From Raillietiella orientalis (Eukaryota): DNA of 64,000 nucleotides. The position numbers were made by a program, and so were the translations under genes. The notes below the pieces were generated by a model that worked only from the letters and a program-made list of their open reading frames with translations, had not been told where the DNA came from and did not search any database. Below, in pieces: positions 1 to 12,800 of this stretch (the stretch's first letter is position 1; each line of letters opens with the position of its first letter). The DNA lies in assembly GCA_036172245.1 (NCBI GenBank), contig JAYWIR010000062.1, positions 248,001 through 312,000 of the forward strand, given 5' to 3'.

Positions 1-3000
1 ACGTCCCCTGAGGAGGCGCGTTGCGAAGGAGCAGCGGGGAGTTTCCCGCTGCTCCTCCCCCGCGCGTAGCATCCGACCCTGCCCTCGGGAAAGCTCTCCT
101 CCCCCACCGAGCCGTGACCTCCGTGGCGCAGGGTAGGGGCCATCCCTGCCCTTGATTGGTTGGGACGGGCCCCCCTTTGGAAGCTCCTCTCCCCCTTTCG
201 GAGTGGATTCGGGCTCCGTACCCTAGGCTGGAGAAGAAGTGCCGCCTCCTCTGCCTGAGAGACCCTGCTACGTCTCGCCCGCCGGGCTCGTTCGTTCGCC
301 CCTCCCCGCGGGATGCTGCGGATCTGGACCGCGCGCGCGGCGGCGGCTGCATCCTCTTGCCAGTCGGTCTGGTATGCCAGGCGGCAGCCGGCCGGCAGGT
401 CCTCCCAGTCCAGGCGCGCTTCCGTCTTCCCGAGGGACTCCTCCCGACCCGGCGCCTTCCGGGATCCGCGGGTTCCCCATCCCTTCTGCGCGAGGGGCCG
501 GGACGTCTCCGGGGAGCCCTCAAAAGCCGCGGCCTCCCTTTCCACCCCTTCCCCGCCTGCCTGGGTGCTCTGCCGCGAGCTGACCCCTGTCGATCGCCAC
601 CCTCCCCCACGCGGGAAGGTGGGAAAGGAACGCAAGCGCCCCTGTCTCCTCCATTCGCGTTTCCACGGCGACCTGGGGAAGTGCCAGGAGCGCGCGCGAG
701 GGTTGCGCAGCTCCGCACCCGATGGGGTGGGGGTGAACCACCCGACTTGCTCAGCACCCCGCAGCGGAGACAGCGCCGAGCGGGTTGGCGGGCGCAGCGG
801 ATGACCCCTCCTCCTCCACCCCCCGCCTGAGTGTTGAACGCCGCGCTTCCGACCGCCTCCGCGAGAGCGCTTGGCCTTATCGATCCGCTGTCACTATTTT
901 GGTCACGGACCCGCTCCGAGGGAGGGGGTGAAGGAGGTCCCCCTCGTCGCATGCGGGGTTTTCCAGCATCCGGTGGGCGCAAGCCGGCGAGGGTGACGTC
1001 AGGATGGAGGGGGACATGGAGAGAGAGAGAGAGAGAGAGAGGAGGCCAAGAAGGGAGGGAGGGAGGAACGTTGAGGGAGTTACCGCCGACAGCGACGGAG
1101 CGCGCCAAGCGGCCATCCCTCCAACTACGCCGCCACGGCAGCAGCGGAGGCTCCCTGGACCGCGCCGCAACGGAGCGACCGCCACCCGCATCCGGTCGCG
1201 GATGAGCAGTCCCCTCCTGTCGCCGACCGCGGGAGCTCCGAAGACGGGGGCTGCAAGGGACGACCGGAGGATGCTGGGGGCGCGGACAGATGCAGCCGGG
1301 GTTCCTCGCATCGCGCGCGGCCTGCACCTCGGCTGTCGCGGGGCCACTGCGGACGGAGTCGCCTGGCAACGGGGTCTTTCCAGGGAAAACCTGATTTATC
1401 CCTGGGAGCAGATGAAACCTGATAATCTGATTTATTGGCAAAGAATCGAGGCAGCTTCCGGGACAAGCAGGAGTGGACTCGGGATAAATAATCGAGCTTC
1501 ATCCGGGAGCGGGTGAAGCTTCAGGGAGCATCTCGGAGGGGGAAAATCGGCGCCGATAGTAATTTATGGCGCTCCTCGTCCAAGCCGCTATGGACCACGC
1601 CGTGGACGGCGCAAAGTGTCGGCGCAGCGCGGTCGCGTTGGGGTAGCCGCGTGTGCATGCACGGACGGCCGACGGGGTTCACGAGGGGACGTGGCGCCCG
1701 CCGCTGGAGCCCGGGAGACGATGGAGAGACCCGTGCCGTCGCTTGGCTGTTCCCGCGGTGGAATCGCTCGACCTTGAGGGGCCGCGCGCGGATCGGCGGG
1801 AGGTTAGGGAAGACGAGGTTAGGGAGCTGACGCTTCACCGGCGAAACTCCAGGGTTTTCCTTGCTTCTTTTTTTTTTTTTTCCTCGCCTCCCCTCCCCCT
1901 CTCTCTCCCCCCATGGGCCCGTGGGAGAGGGCCAGCGAGGACGGAGACTGTGCAGGAGGCGGGGACGGTGAGGTGGCGGTCACCGAGCGCACGTTTGGCC
2001 CCGCGCGTGCGCGCGCAGCAGTCGGCGGCAGATCACGTGATCTCAGTGCTGCCGCCGCCGCGCGGCTTGTTGGAACCGCGGCGCTAGGCAACCGTCCCGT
2101 GCACGGGTCGTGTCGCCTCGGTCGCGGAGGCTTGCGGAGTCTGAGGGGCGCAGAGTGGGGGTGGCGGAGGAGGGAAGAAGCGGAAGTCGGGGAGAACCCA
2201 CCTTAGCGGGTTCCCTCCGACTTTGGGATACGCAAACCCGACGACGCGCAGAGGCGGGCGATCGTAGGCAGGGGGAGACTCCTACGTCCTCCAGGCAGGA
2301 GACAAATTGCGATGGGACGGAGAAGGGGGGGGGGAGGGGAGGTGTCGGCGTTCGGGAGCGGCACCTCCTACCTCGCCGCTCCAGCGGAACGCTCCCAAGG
2401 GCTTCGAGAGCTTTCCCGGACGATCGCGCGCGCCCCTTCGGTCGACGTGTCCGGGATCTCCGGCGCCCCCGCCAACGGGCGTGGACAGCGCCGGTTTCGC
2501 TCCGCCGCCCTCGCCTGCTGATGGCCGTCGGCGACTCCCTGTGCGGGTTGCCCTGGGCACTCTGGGCAGCCACTCTCGGTCAGGCCGAGAACGTTCCTCC
2601 TGGGGGAGGACGGTCTCGGTCAGGGGCGCGGCCATTTGGAAGGGGGAGAGGTCGTGACCCTGGTGAGGTCGTGAGCGATGCGTGGCTGTCCCTCCTCCCG
2701 GCACCTTCCTCCAGGGCCTCTCACCCTCCTTCGCATTGCTTCCGGTAGTGGCCCCGCTATGGGAGGTCACCCTACTCAGCCGCCCCTCTCCTCCTGACTG
2801 AGCGCCCGGGACCGCCTCGTACGCCTCCGCTCAGTGCCGATGACGGTGGGGGTGGGGGGAGGAAAGGGCCGGGGTTGGCGGCGTCTCATCCCGTTCGTGC
2901 CGCTGCTCTTCCTCCTGGTCGAGCGGCGGCCAGTCCGCGTCCTCCGGATCGCTAGGCCGGAGGTGTCTGAGGGCAACGGGCCCCTCCCCCGAGGTTCCGA

Positions 3001-3011
3001 GGGGCACTTAC

Positions 3012-3096
3012 ACTGCGCATATCCAGGAATGGTCGTAGTAGAATCCCCCGGAGTCCTGGATGCAGATCGCCTGAATGGTCCTTCCCAGCAGGTTCA
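3012..3096 (-). CDS. SLC4A11: SLC4A11-like next coding exon (VNLLGRTIQAICIQDSGGFYYDHSWICAV)
   Basis: 85-nt exon bounded by TTCCAG| and |GTAAGT. Its phase-1 start matches the donor at 14514. The peptide matches the SLC4A11 'L.xTIQ....GGF.YD.SWICA' motif. I found no later conserved exon in 1-3000, so the gene continues beyond the left edge. Confidence 0.85.
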
Positions 3097-6000
3097 CTGG
3101 AACAGAAAAGAGGGTGAGAAGGTGGGCCGCAGGGAGTTCGGAGGGAGGGCTAGGACGCGGGGTCCGGCGGCAACGGCGAGGTCCCGGGAGCCGGAGGAAA
3201 CGCGCGCCCTTCCTCCTCTTCCCGGCCGGAGCGTCCCGCGTTCCCCAGGGGACGAGCGCTATCGATTGGGCGCCGCTCTGCGGAACGCCCGCCAGGGAGG
3301 ACGGGAAGTCCGCGGGGAGAGGCAGGATGTGCGCCTTTGCCCACTTTTCCTCTCCCGCGGGGGAGAGGGTGCACTGCCGTCGCCTCGGGAGCGGCGGCGG
3401 GAGAGTGGAAGGGGGTGACCCTCCCATTCCGCGTGAAAGAAGGGGGGAGGGGAGATGGACGCCGCTGCAGCGGCGGCGCGCGCGCGACCCCTGGGGCCCA
3501 AGCTCGAAGGACGGAGGCGCAGCAGCGCGACGGGCTTTCCTCCTTCCACGTGGTCGGTCGTTTCCAAGGAGACCGCATGTATTCACGCTGACCGTGCGGG
3601 AAGAGTCATTAGGCGCCCACGTGTGACCAAGGCAGGGCATGACGTGCGACGAAGGGGGGCAGCGTCTGGCCTGGAGGCAGCCAAAGTCCCCTTTCGTCGC
3701 AATGAGGGCCAACGCAATGAGAAAATGTGGGGTCCTTCTGTTCCCCCATCCCCTCATCGCGTTGGCTCCGAGGGGCGGGGGAAAGGAGGGAGCTCCCCCT
3801 CTTCCCTCCGCAAAGAGCGGAGCGCCTTTGCTTGCGACGCCCTTCAGCCTCTCTCCCGCTCCCCGAGGATTTTCGGGGACCTCGGAAGTGGGAGCCTCCA
3901 CGTTTTCGAGGGTCCGCTGGAGTTCCAGATGACCTTGGACGGGCACCTGCCTTTCGGCTCCTCCCGTGGAGAGTCCAGGGAGGGGATGCGTTCCGGTGGG
4001 CGGGTTCCCCCTCCCCGGCGGCCTCTTCCACTTTTCCGAGCCCTGCGGTGACGTCCGCGGCTCCGTGAGCTGCTCCTTGCGCAGCTCTCCCCCCTCCTCC
4101 CCGTCCCTCTTCCTTTTCTCGGAGTACCCCGGATGGCGGCGGCGGGTTGATCAAGCCCCGCGCGGATGGATGGCGGCGTCCACCCCATCCTTTCTATTTC
4201 GTTTTTTTCCCGCAGCGTCCGCGTGGCTCTGGGCGGCGGAGCGAATCTCCCTCCGAGGCGACCGGGCCGCCTGCGGTGCTCTTCCGCTCCGAGTCCCTCC
4301 AGGAGGGCTCGGTCGGCCTCCTCTCTTCCCTGATTTCCTGATCTTTCCCTCAGGAATGATCGATACGTCCCACAGACAATTGTCTCCGCGGGCATGCGCG
4401 GGCGAGGGCGGCGGCGACGGAGCCGCCCACCTCCTCGCGGGCCGGCCCTCTCTGGAGGGGCTTTCCTAGCAGCCTTCTTCTCTAGCCCGGAAATCTCTTC
4501 TCCTGTTCTTTCTCCCCCCGTTCTTCCCTCTTCTTCCGCGCACGGTGGTGGTGGTGGGGGCGCAGAGGGAAGACTGGATCTGCCATCACCAACCGCGCCT
4601 CTCTCGAGGACCCCTCGGTCGGGTCGAGCGGGCCCCTCAGGGCACATCGAGGTCCAGGGGTGCGCGCGCCCGCCGAGCCGCGGTCTGTCGGACGATGTCT
4701 AGCCTTGCCCACGGCACTCCCCGCCCCTGCAGGAGCGGGGCGGAAGCTCTGCGGACGCGCGGCCCGGTGCAGGCAACGTCCCGGGAGACTGGGTTGCCCC
4801 CTCCCCTCGCGGCGCTCCTGCACCGCTCTTGATTACCTCCCGCCTTAGGTCGATCCTCTCTGGTGCTGCATCGAGGAGGAGCGCCTGAGCCCCCGGGGCG
4901 AGCAGGGGGGGCTCACAATCCCTCGAGAACTTCAAAGGCTCGCTGCCTTCCCGCGGGAGGAAGGCGAGGGCAGCCAGGAACGGAGGCGCGTGATGGCGGC
5001 GACGAAGACGCCCTCGGCCCATCCGGGGAGCGGCGGCGGAGGTCGAGGAGGACTCCTCTCTCCCCCTCCCGGTCTTGCTCCGGGTGATGATGGAAGGGAG
5101 GGAGGAGGGGCGTCTCCAAGGAAGCGGCAGGGATCGGGGGCACGAAATGGGGAGGGCAACCCCGCTCTCGCGCGCGTCGGAAGTGAGAGGGCACCCAACC
5201 GGAGTGTGAATTCCAAAAATAACACCGGAGCTTCCGGGAGTTCCTTCCTGGAACTGGGAGCGGCCCGTAAGAAGCGCGCGCACCCCCGGCAGTCGGTAGA
5301 GCCCAGCGCGCGCGAGGGGACCCGGTGGCTGCGGCGAACGGGGGGAAGGGTGTGGCGCTCGCAGGAGTCCGGGAATCCCGTCCGCCCCTCCCGGTTTTTT
5401 CACTCCCTCCATCTCTCCTCCCCCGTCCCGACATGTGGGAGTCGCGCGCTCATTTTTCCCGCCCATTCATGCTCTCCCCACCGGCGGCAGTTGGCGGAGT
5501 CACCGGTGCCCACCGCGGGGCGCGTCTAGCGGAGGTCGAGCGGGCGCCCAAGAGGCGGACGCGGCTTCCGCACGAGCACGCCCACCGCCGCAGTCGCTTC
5601 GGACGACGCGCCCTCCGCAGATGCGCTCCAGCTCCCCCCTGCCCTCCCGTCCTGCCGCGCATCTCCTCTGCAGCCGGGCGCGAAGAGTATAGCGGGGGGG
5701 GAACGAACGAACGGGAGGCGGCAGGTTCGCCCAGGGGGGACGTGTCCGTCCGCTCGCGCCCTTCGAGGCTGCTGCTGCCGAGACTGAGTGGACGGACGCA
5801 TCCCTTGGGATGGAGGTGGGGTGAGAAGAGGAAACCGCCGCCTGCAGCGCAGAGCAGAGCGTTGCTGGGTTGAAACGCGCGCGTGAGCCCCCAGCGGATG
5901 CGAGGAGTCGAGAGGGAGGTGCGCGCGCGCCCCCCAGGAGGGGGAGAGGGGGACTCTTCCACTTCTTCTTCCCGTCCGCGGGGATACGCAAGCGGTCGGC

Positions 6001-8299
6001 TATGTTCCTGCACCCTAAAGCACCGCCCCCAGAGGAGACCGCAGCACTCCCACCGAGGGACACGCGGGGGTCCCTGGCGGCCGGAGGCCGCGGCTCGCTT
6101 TCAATCAGCGGGAGGCCGACTTTCAAGCGTCCCCCATCGGCGCAGCTCCGAGGAGGAGCTTCCAGGCAAGCGGTCATGCTGCGAGGGGCTGGGAGCCCTC
6201 CGGTCCGCCCCTTAGGAGGGGCTCCTCCTCTCCTCCGAAACTCCTCGAGCGGTCGCGAGACGGCCGAGGGCGGTGCTCCTTCCGAAAGCAGCCGCGTGTC
6301 CACGGAGGACACCCGTGGATACATCGACTCTTCCGCGCCGGCATGCAGTGCCTCTATCGATCGGCCGCACTCGGTGGGATGGCAGGCGGAGTCCAGAAGC
6401 CGCCTGGGGGCTGCGGAGAGTTCCGCCTCGTGGAACGGTGACCCATGGAAGCCCCGGGCAGGTTACTGAGCAGAAGCCTTGACCCCGGAATGTCCTTCCC
6501 CTCGCCCTTTTCCTTCTCGCGACCCACGCGAACCGATGCGCGCGTGTGAAAGGGGGTCGACCTCTTCAAGGTCATCGGTGACTTCGACGGTTGCAGACCT
6601 CTTGCCCTGCCTCTTCCCCCCGGTTTTCGAGGGCGTCGGTCGGGTCGAATCGGCAGCGTTCCCTCCTTTTGCGTCCCTCTATTCTCCCGCTGAATTCCCC
6701 CTTGTCTCTGAAAGAGAGTCGCCCTCAGGGAAGCTACAGCGGCGGCTGCGAGGATTCCTCCTCCCCCTTTGTTCGTCCGAAAAAGCGAATCAGATCCCCC
6801 AGGTCAGCTGAAGTGGCCTCTCCCCCGTCCTCTCCTCTAGATCAGGGGTCCTTCTGACCCCGGCCTCCTTGTGAGCTCTCCCGTGAGCTCCCCACACTTT
6901 CCACCCCTCACGAACGCGCCAAAGAAACGACTCCATAGAAGACGCTCCGAGGAGTTCCGCGCCCGAGGCCGGGAACTGAGCCACTGCTCCCACCCCATCC
7001 CGTCCTCACGCCTGCTTAGATTCCCAAATCTCTGGAAAAGTCTTTCCCCCTGGTCCTCTCCGCGAAGATCGCCTGCGGTTATGACCCTCTGCTTCTTCCC
7101 TGGCGCAGTGCCCAAGGGAAGCCCGGTGGAGCCCCCGACGGAGCCGCGAAGGTCAAAAGGAGGCGGCCCTCATGCCTTCCTCCCCGCGTCGGTCCACCCG
7201 AGAGTAAGCACGCACGCCTGCACCTTTGCCCCTGCACGAGAACCTCACCGGTCGCCTCCCACCACCCTCCTTGTCTCAGGAGACGGCTCCGGACTGGCGC
7301 CGGAAGTCCTCATGGAGGACCTGGCCTGCCTCCGGCTGGCGGGGAAACGTAGGGACGGCTCGGAAACAAAGGTTTCCCTCTCTGCCCGCACCCTCCAGTC
7401 CTGCACTCTTCCTCCGCGCGCCGAGGGGCAGGCGGTGGGGCTGAGAAGCTCCACTGGGCCGTCAGGGACGTGAGAAGTCGCAAGGGAGGGGATCTGAAGC
7501 GTGCTCCCCATCTCAGACCAGACGGCTGACTGCCCGCGCCGCCATCTGCCCTCTCGGAGTATTCTTTCCCGGATCGGGACTCTTGCGCTCTCGCCTCCGC
7601 CTCCGGCGGCTCCTTCGCCGCGGGGCACGCGGGGGCAGCCGCCAGCCCCGCCGCCGCCACAATCGCAGACGAATGCCGCAGCGAGCGGCCGCCCCTTCGC
7701 TGAGCCTCTGCACCTCCTCCCGCCAGGCCCCAGAGTCGACTCCCCCTCCCCGTGCGTCCCTCCCGGTCATCTCCCTAGGGCGCTCGAGTCCGTCATCGGT
7801 CGCGCGCCTCCTCCGGGGTTGTCGTCGCCTTCCTCAGATCGACGGCCCCACGTCCGCGTTGCCGGAGAGCTGGCACTGAGCGGCGACGACGACCTTCGGA
7901 TCCGCTGGGGAAGAAGTGCCCTGTCGCGCCGGGAAACTTTCGACGGCCCCGACACGTGGGATGCTCGGAGGGGGAGGATTGATCGAAACAGCGGCAGGCC
8001 AGGACATCCGCAGCCAAGGAGAAAGGAGGGGGGGAGGGGGTTCTTTCCCGTCTGAGGGACTCTGCCTCTGAGAGCCCGTGCTGCCAGATGAGACGCGCCA
8101 GCATCTTTTCTGCGTGAGACTGCAAGAGTTCCGGTCCTCCTAAATCCCCTATAAATCAGGGCGTGCCAACTTCAACTTCTGAAAGAGAGAGAGAGAGAGA
8201 AGCCAGCGGGGGGCAGGAGCGAGGGGGGGGGGGGTTCTTTGGCGCTTCTCGGCATTGATTGCTTTCCACCAGGACGAGGGGAGACGCGCTTCCTGAAAA

Positions 8300-11200
8300 T
8301 CAGAGGCGCACAGCGTTTCCAGCAGGAGGACAAAGGAGTCCTCACTCGCACGGTCGAGTGGTCTCCATGGGAACGGCGCATCGGCAGGGGTGAAGCGACT
8401 CTATCGTAGCGGATGAAGTGGAGGGAATGGGGGGAGGGAGGGAGCGCCCAGATCACCCCCTTCTCCTACGGAACATCAAGTGGAGTCTCGGAGGGCAGGG
8501 CAGGGAAGGCAACAAACGGTTGGAGACTGGGAGGAGACATGCTCTTCCTCATTTCCTCCCCCGAGCATCCGGAGGGAGGATCCTCAAGAGATGAAGGGGC
8601 GCGCAGCGCTCTGCTTCGCGAGATCTATTCGGCGGGATTCCCGGATGGGCTCTCGCGGACGTCGATGGCATCCACCCACACGGTCACGCCACCGGTTTGG
8701 TTTCCTCGGCCGTCTCCGAGATGCCTGCTGTCCCTCCCCTTTCTCCATTCTCTCCCATGACTCCTCTGGAGGTGTCTTCATGGACCACCAACATCGCGAG
8801 CGTGCAATGGCATGAAAGACAGGCAGGGGACCGGACGCGCCCGCCGAGCTCAGGTGGAGTGCGCGCGTCTTGTCTCCCGCGGTGGTGGGGAGAATGGAGA
8901 AGCGACCATCCGGCTCATGCAGGTGGCCCATGGAGGCAGCTGAGAGCTGACCGGCTGGGTCGGCGCAACGGCATCGCCCAGTTCCTTTCCACGCTCCGCG
9001 CTCCTGTCGTTTCCAGAGGCTGCGTCGTGAAGACATCTTCTCGGAGGAAGCTGTTCTCTTCTCCCGCTCGCTCGCGTCCCCATACAGGGGGCTTGAAGAC
9101 GGTGACTAGTGTCTCCAACCGAAGGATTGGTTGCCCCCTACTCTTCGCTCCACTGAACACCTTGAGTTCTTCGTTGGCCACTGGGTGGTCGATCCGTGGC
9201 TTCCGGATGGAAAGCTCCTACCTTCCCTCCCTGTCTGTGCTGTTTTCCAGTAGCATAGGGGGGGGGGGTCACTTCCTCATCACTTTCTAGTAACAGCAAG
9301 CTCACACTTCCGACGGAAGCAGACAGATGGCTCTAAGAGGACCTCCCATGATAGTTCCAACCCTCACCCTCATCCCTCGAAAGCTCATCGGTTCGCTCTT
9401 ACGAGGGTACCTTCACGCAGAAACTGCCAGACGCTTCTCCCCTCTCACTGGCTGCGGGCGGGTCCCTATCGCCTAATCCTCAGCGATCGGATTTAGGGAG
9501 AGAGGGTGCGCTCCACGTAGACCGGAAGAGAGTAAACTATGGACGTACGAGGGAAGCGAGCAAGAGCACTGCTTGTGAGTGAAAAGTGCACCCTGCTCGC
9601 TGGTGTCTTTCGTTCCTTGCATTCGTCGGTAGTAGCATAGGGCCTTTTCGTTCCTCTCGAGGTCCGACGGAACATCGTGCTGAGGCGCCTCTTCTTGATG
9701 AGGGGCACGTGCGGCACCCCTGCCTTTTCATGACCACTCCCGACGGAGAAGGGGAAGAAAAAAGAGGAGAGGGAAGGTGAGCAAGTGGTGGCAGAGCACT
9801 AATTCTTTCCGTCACCGATGGCCGAGCAACATGGGTGCAGTTTCTGCCACGATTACGTCTGTTGTGAAATACAAGGCCGTACGGGTACGCGCGCATCTTG
9901 GAAGACGGTCTTGTATCAGCAACTCTTTCGCCCCAAGGGTGCGGGTCCTCCTTGCGTGCCGAAAGCGAAGATCCTAGCCATATGAGACTTCACCTGTGGG
10001 AGGGATGAGCGCCAGTGTTTTTTCCTAGTTTTTTTTTTTTTTTTTTCTGTCGAGGGTTTTGCGCACCGGGAATGCACCTGGCCCTTCGAACAAATTCCTC
10101 ATGGGGTGCGGCTGTGTACAGGCGACGGCCGTTCCAGTATCCATCTCTTCTGTTGGAGGGAGGGATGCCGGAACGCCCATGGTCTCACAAAAGACATGAG
10201 GTCTGCAGGTCTTTGATGAGGATCGGGTGGTGCGACGGGTCCAGCACCGAAGAAACGCAGGAAAAGTTCAATCCATATCAGGGTGGACCGGCTCCGCTGT
10301 GAGGAGGCTGAGTTCCATCCGAACACGAAGCCTCCTGAGGTAGGCGAGCTGCGAGTAGGCGCTTCCCTTGATGCAAAAGACACAGGGAACCGTGCTTCCG
10401 TCGGTTCTCCCGTTTCAATCCCAACCCCTTCCTTTTCGGAGAAGGACCTGTTCTAGAGGAGCGTTTCGCCTGAGGTGACGCGGGGGTAGCCTTTTCCGTA
10501 AGGTTCCATGGGAGACCTTAGAATGTACAGTAAGTGTGTGGGAGGCTCCCTGCCCAGTCCCCATGACCCGTTTCGGAGTCTTCGCTTCCCAGCTAGCGTC
10601 CAGTGTTCTGCATCTTCACGTTCCATCTTTTCCGCTGCAGGGTCTTCGAATTACGTGGGTCTCTTAGGTGGCCCTACGCAGGGCTTACGAAAGGATGTCG
10701 TTGTTTTCGTTCTGGTCACGGGTTCCTAGCGCTCATTGCGTTTCTACTTGGAGACCTCCCGTGGAGGAGAGTTCTCAGCACATTCCGTCCCTCACCGACT
10801 TTCCGTGGGCAAACGGGGCTCGCAGCCCTCCCACGGCGCTCCCGGTTGTCCAATATCTCCGACCAGCCCTCTTCCCTACTCTCCCTTCCCAGGTCAAGCT
10901 TTCTTGTTTCTGTTTTGTGCACTCTCCTGGCCTTAGGAATGGCAAATGGACTCCCCGGGGAGAGGGCGCATACGACCTTGCCGCCCTCTTCCCTGCTCGA
11001 AGGGAGGGGAGCGGAGGAGGGAAGATACAGGAGAATCCGACTTTGGGAAATAGGAGTCATTAGGGAAGACCGAGGGCTTTCTTGGGCGTGCGGGCGTCCA
11101 GAAACTACCGGTCGATCGCTCGAGACGTGAGTCTTGAGGGAAGGTGCGACGGAGGTTCCCCTGCCAGTAGCCTGCCACCCATTTATCTTCCAGTCCGATC

Positions 11201-12800
11201 GTACCCGCAAGGCACATTTCTGCTCGAGGCGATCTTACCGCTGAGCTCGCAACCTACTCCCGCCACCTTTTTTCGAAGTATCCTTCCAAGCATCTCTTTC
11301 CCAGTTGACCACAGCGCTGCTCGCAGGTGACCGCAGGCACCTCCACGGCTACCTGCAAGCCCACCCTTTTCTCCGGAATTTCTTCGTGGCAACGGACTGC
11401 TTGGAAGGGCTTGAAAACCTCGGACGAGAGACGAAGGGCTCTAGATAGGACGCGAACTCAATCCTTCATCGCGCCAAAACGATCCCAGAGATTCCCTGGA
11501 GTCCAGAGCGCCTCCTTCTTGGAGACGGCTGCCTACGCAAGAGCGTGAGCTTCACGGATTTTGCCTCCCTCCCTCCCTCCTCCTTTCAAACCAGATGAGC
11601 TTTGAGACGGAACAGCAGGCGACCTACTGAGTGATCTCTGCAGACGGTCAGGTACCCGGATACCGGAAGTGGTCCAGACTCGTATCCCGGGACCTTGCTG
11701 GTTCCCTGAGCACGCCCGGTAGATCAGCGAGATAAGAGATGTCTCTTAGTACGAGGTGACCAGGAAACAACCGCGGTACCCGTTCCTGTGTGGCAAATCC
11801 TTCGCACGATAGAGACCGCCGATTTCGACACGCCAGGGCTGCAGGGAGAGAGGGGAGGAGGGACTGCACTGTCTCGTCCGCGTCCACGGGGTGGCTCCTG
11901 AATTCCGTCCGTATCCATAGCAGCTCTTTCCCGTCTCCCAGTGATTCCGACCCCTCCCGCCACGCGGGAGATCCGAGTTCCTTTACTCTTTCTGCGGTGG
12001 ATCAAATGAGACCATTAGGGACTCTCGATCCCTGGTTTCAGGGGAGAGATTCGAGTCTCCTGCCTTGAAGGAGGAAAAGGAGATGCACCCTCCCTTCCAT
12101 GAGCCACCATCCAGCAGGAAGAGAAGGGTTCTTGCCCATTGCCTCGAATCCTCAGGATGCTCGTCTGCCTGGTTCGTGTGGTCTCTAGGGCAACCCAGGT
12201 TCCAGTGTCTCCGGGAAGGGACGGCATCACTTGGAAAAGGCTCTATGGCGTTAGACGTGCATTCTCTCCCCCTCCCTCCCCCCCCACCCCCCCAAAAAAA
12301 TAATAAAATAAAAAAAAAGTACGGCATTACGAAGACAGAATCCTGGGATTCGTGATCTCGAAATCGTCGAAATCTTTCTGGAAGCGGGAGTGGTCCAAGG
12401 GTACCATTCCCTGTTGCTCCAGGTGAAGAGAAGAGAGTCAGCCTCGCTTTCTTTGCATCTCCTACGATCGCCGAGCTTCATATCCATGGTACTGAAGGCT
12501 TAGGACTCTTCGTCGTCTTTGAAGAATTCCCTCGAAGGGCGCAGCCCGGAATAGCGAAGAAACCAGAGTGTGGGATTGGGTACGGGCTGACGGTCCTGGG
12601 ATGCCGTGACGCCACGCAGGGTTTCAGAAAGTATCCACTGAGGAGAGAAGTGAGCTGGCTCTACAGTCGGGAAAAAGTCTTGGAGGGTGGCACGAGAGCA
12701 GGAATGGAGTAAGAAGGAAGAGCGGATTGAGATGGGAAGCCTCGAGGCGGGGAATGCAGTTTCAGAATGTCGGAGGGGAGCACTAAGAGGAAGGGAAAAG
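8300..12800 (-). mobile_element. Highly decayed APE-type non-LTR retrotransposon remnants inside the SLC4A11-like intron
   Basis: Weak, interrupted motif echoes in plausible order. RT-like: EELKV, GKELGDAVAPTQPVSSQLPPWATCMSRMVAS, VDAIDVRE, DVP*EKG (~9180-8440). Endonuclease-like: ELLIQD (~9920). RNase H/C-terminal-like: CWMVAHG, LFPGHLVL...SLDHFRYP (~12500-11650). Composition is also less CpG-rich than the flanks. Confidence 0.35.

Noticed and set aside
2030..2043. 14-bp perfect palindrome AGATCACGTGATCT (E-box core)
   Set aside because: A single palindrome of this length is expected by chance in 64 kb.
8150..8185. TATAAA box on the + strand
   Set aside because: No downstream gene or clear initiator. 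It is a single short motif.
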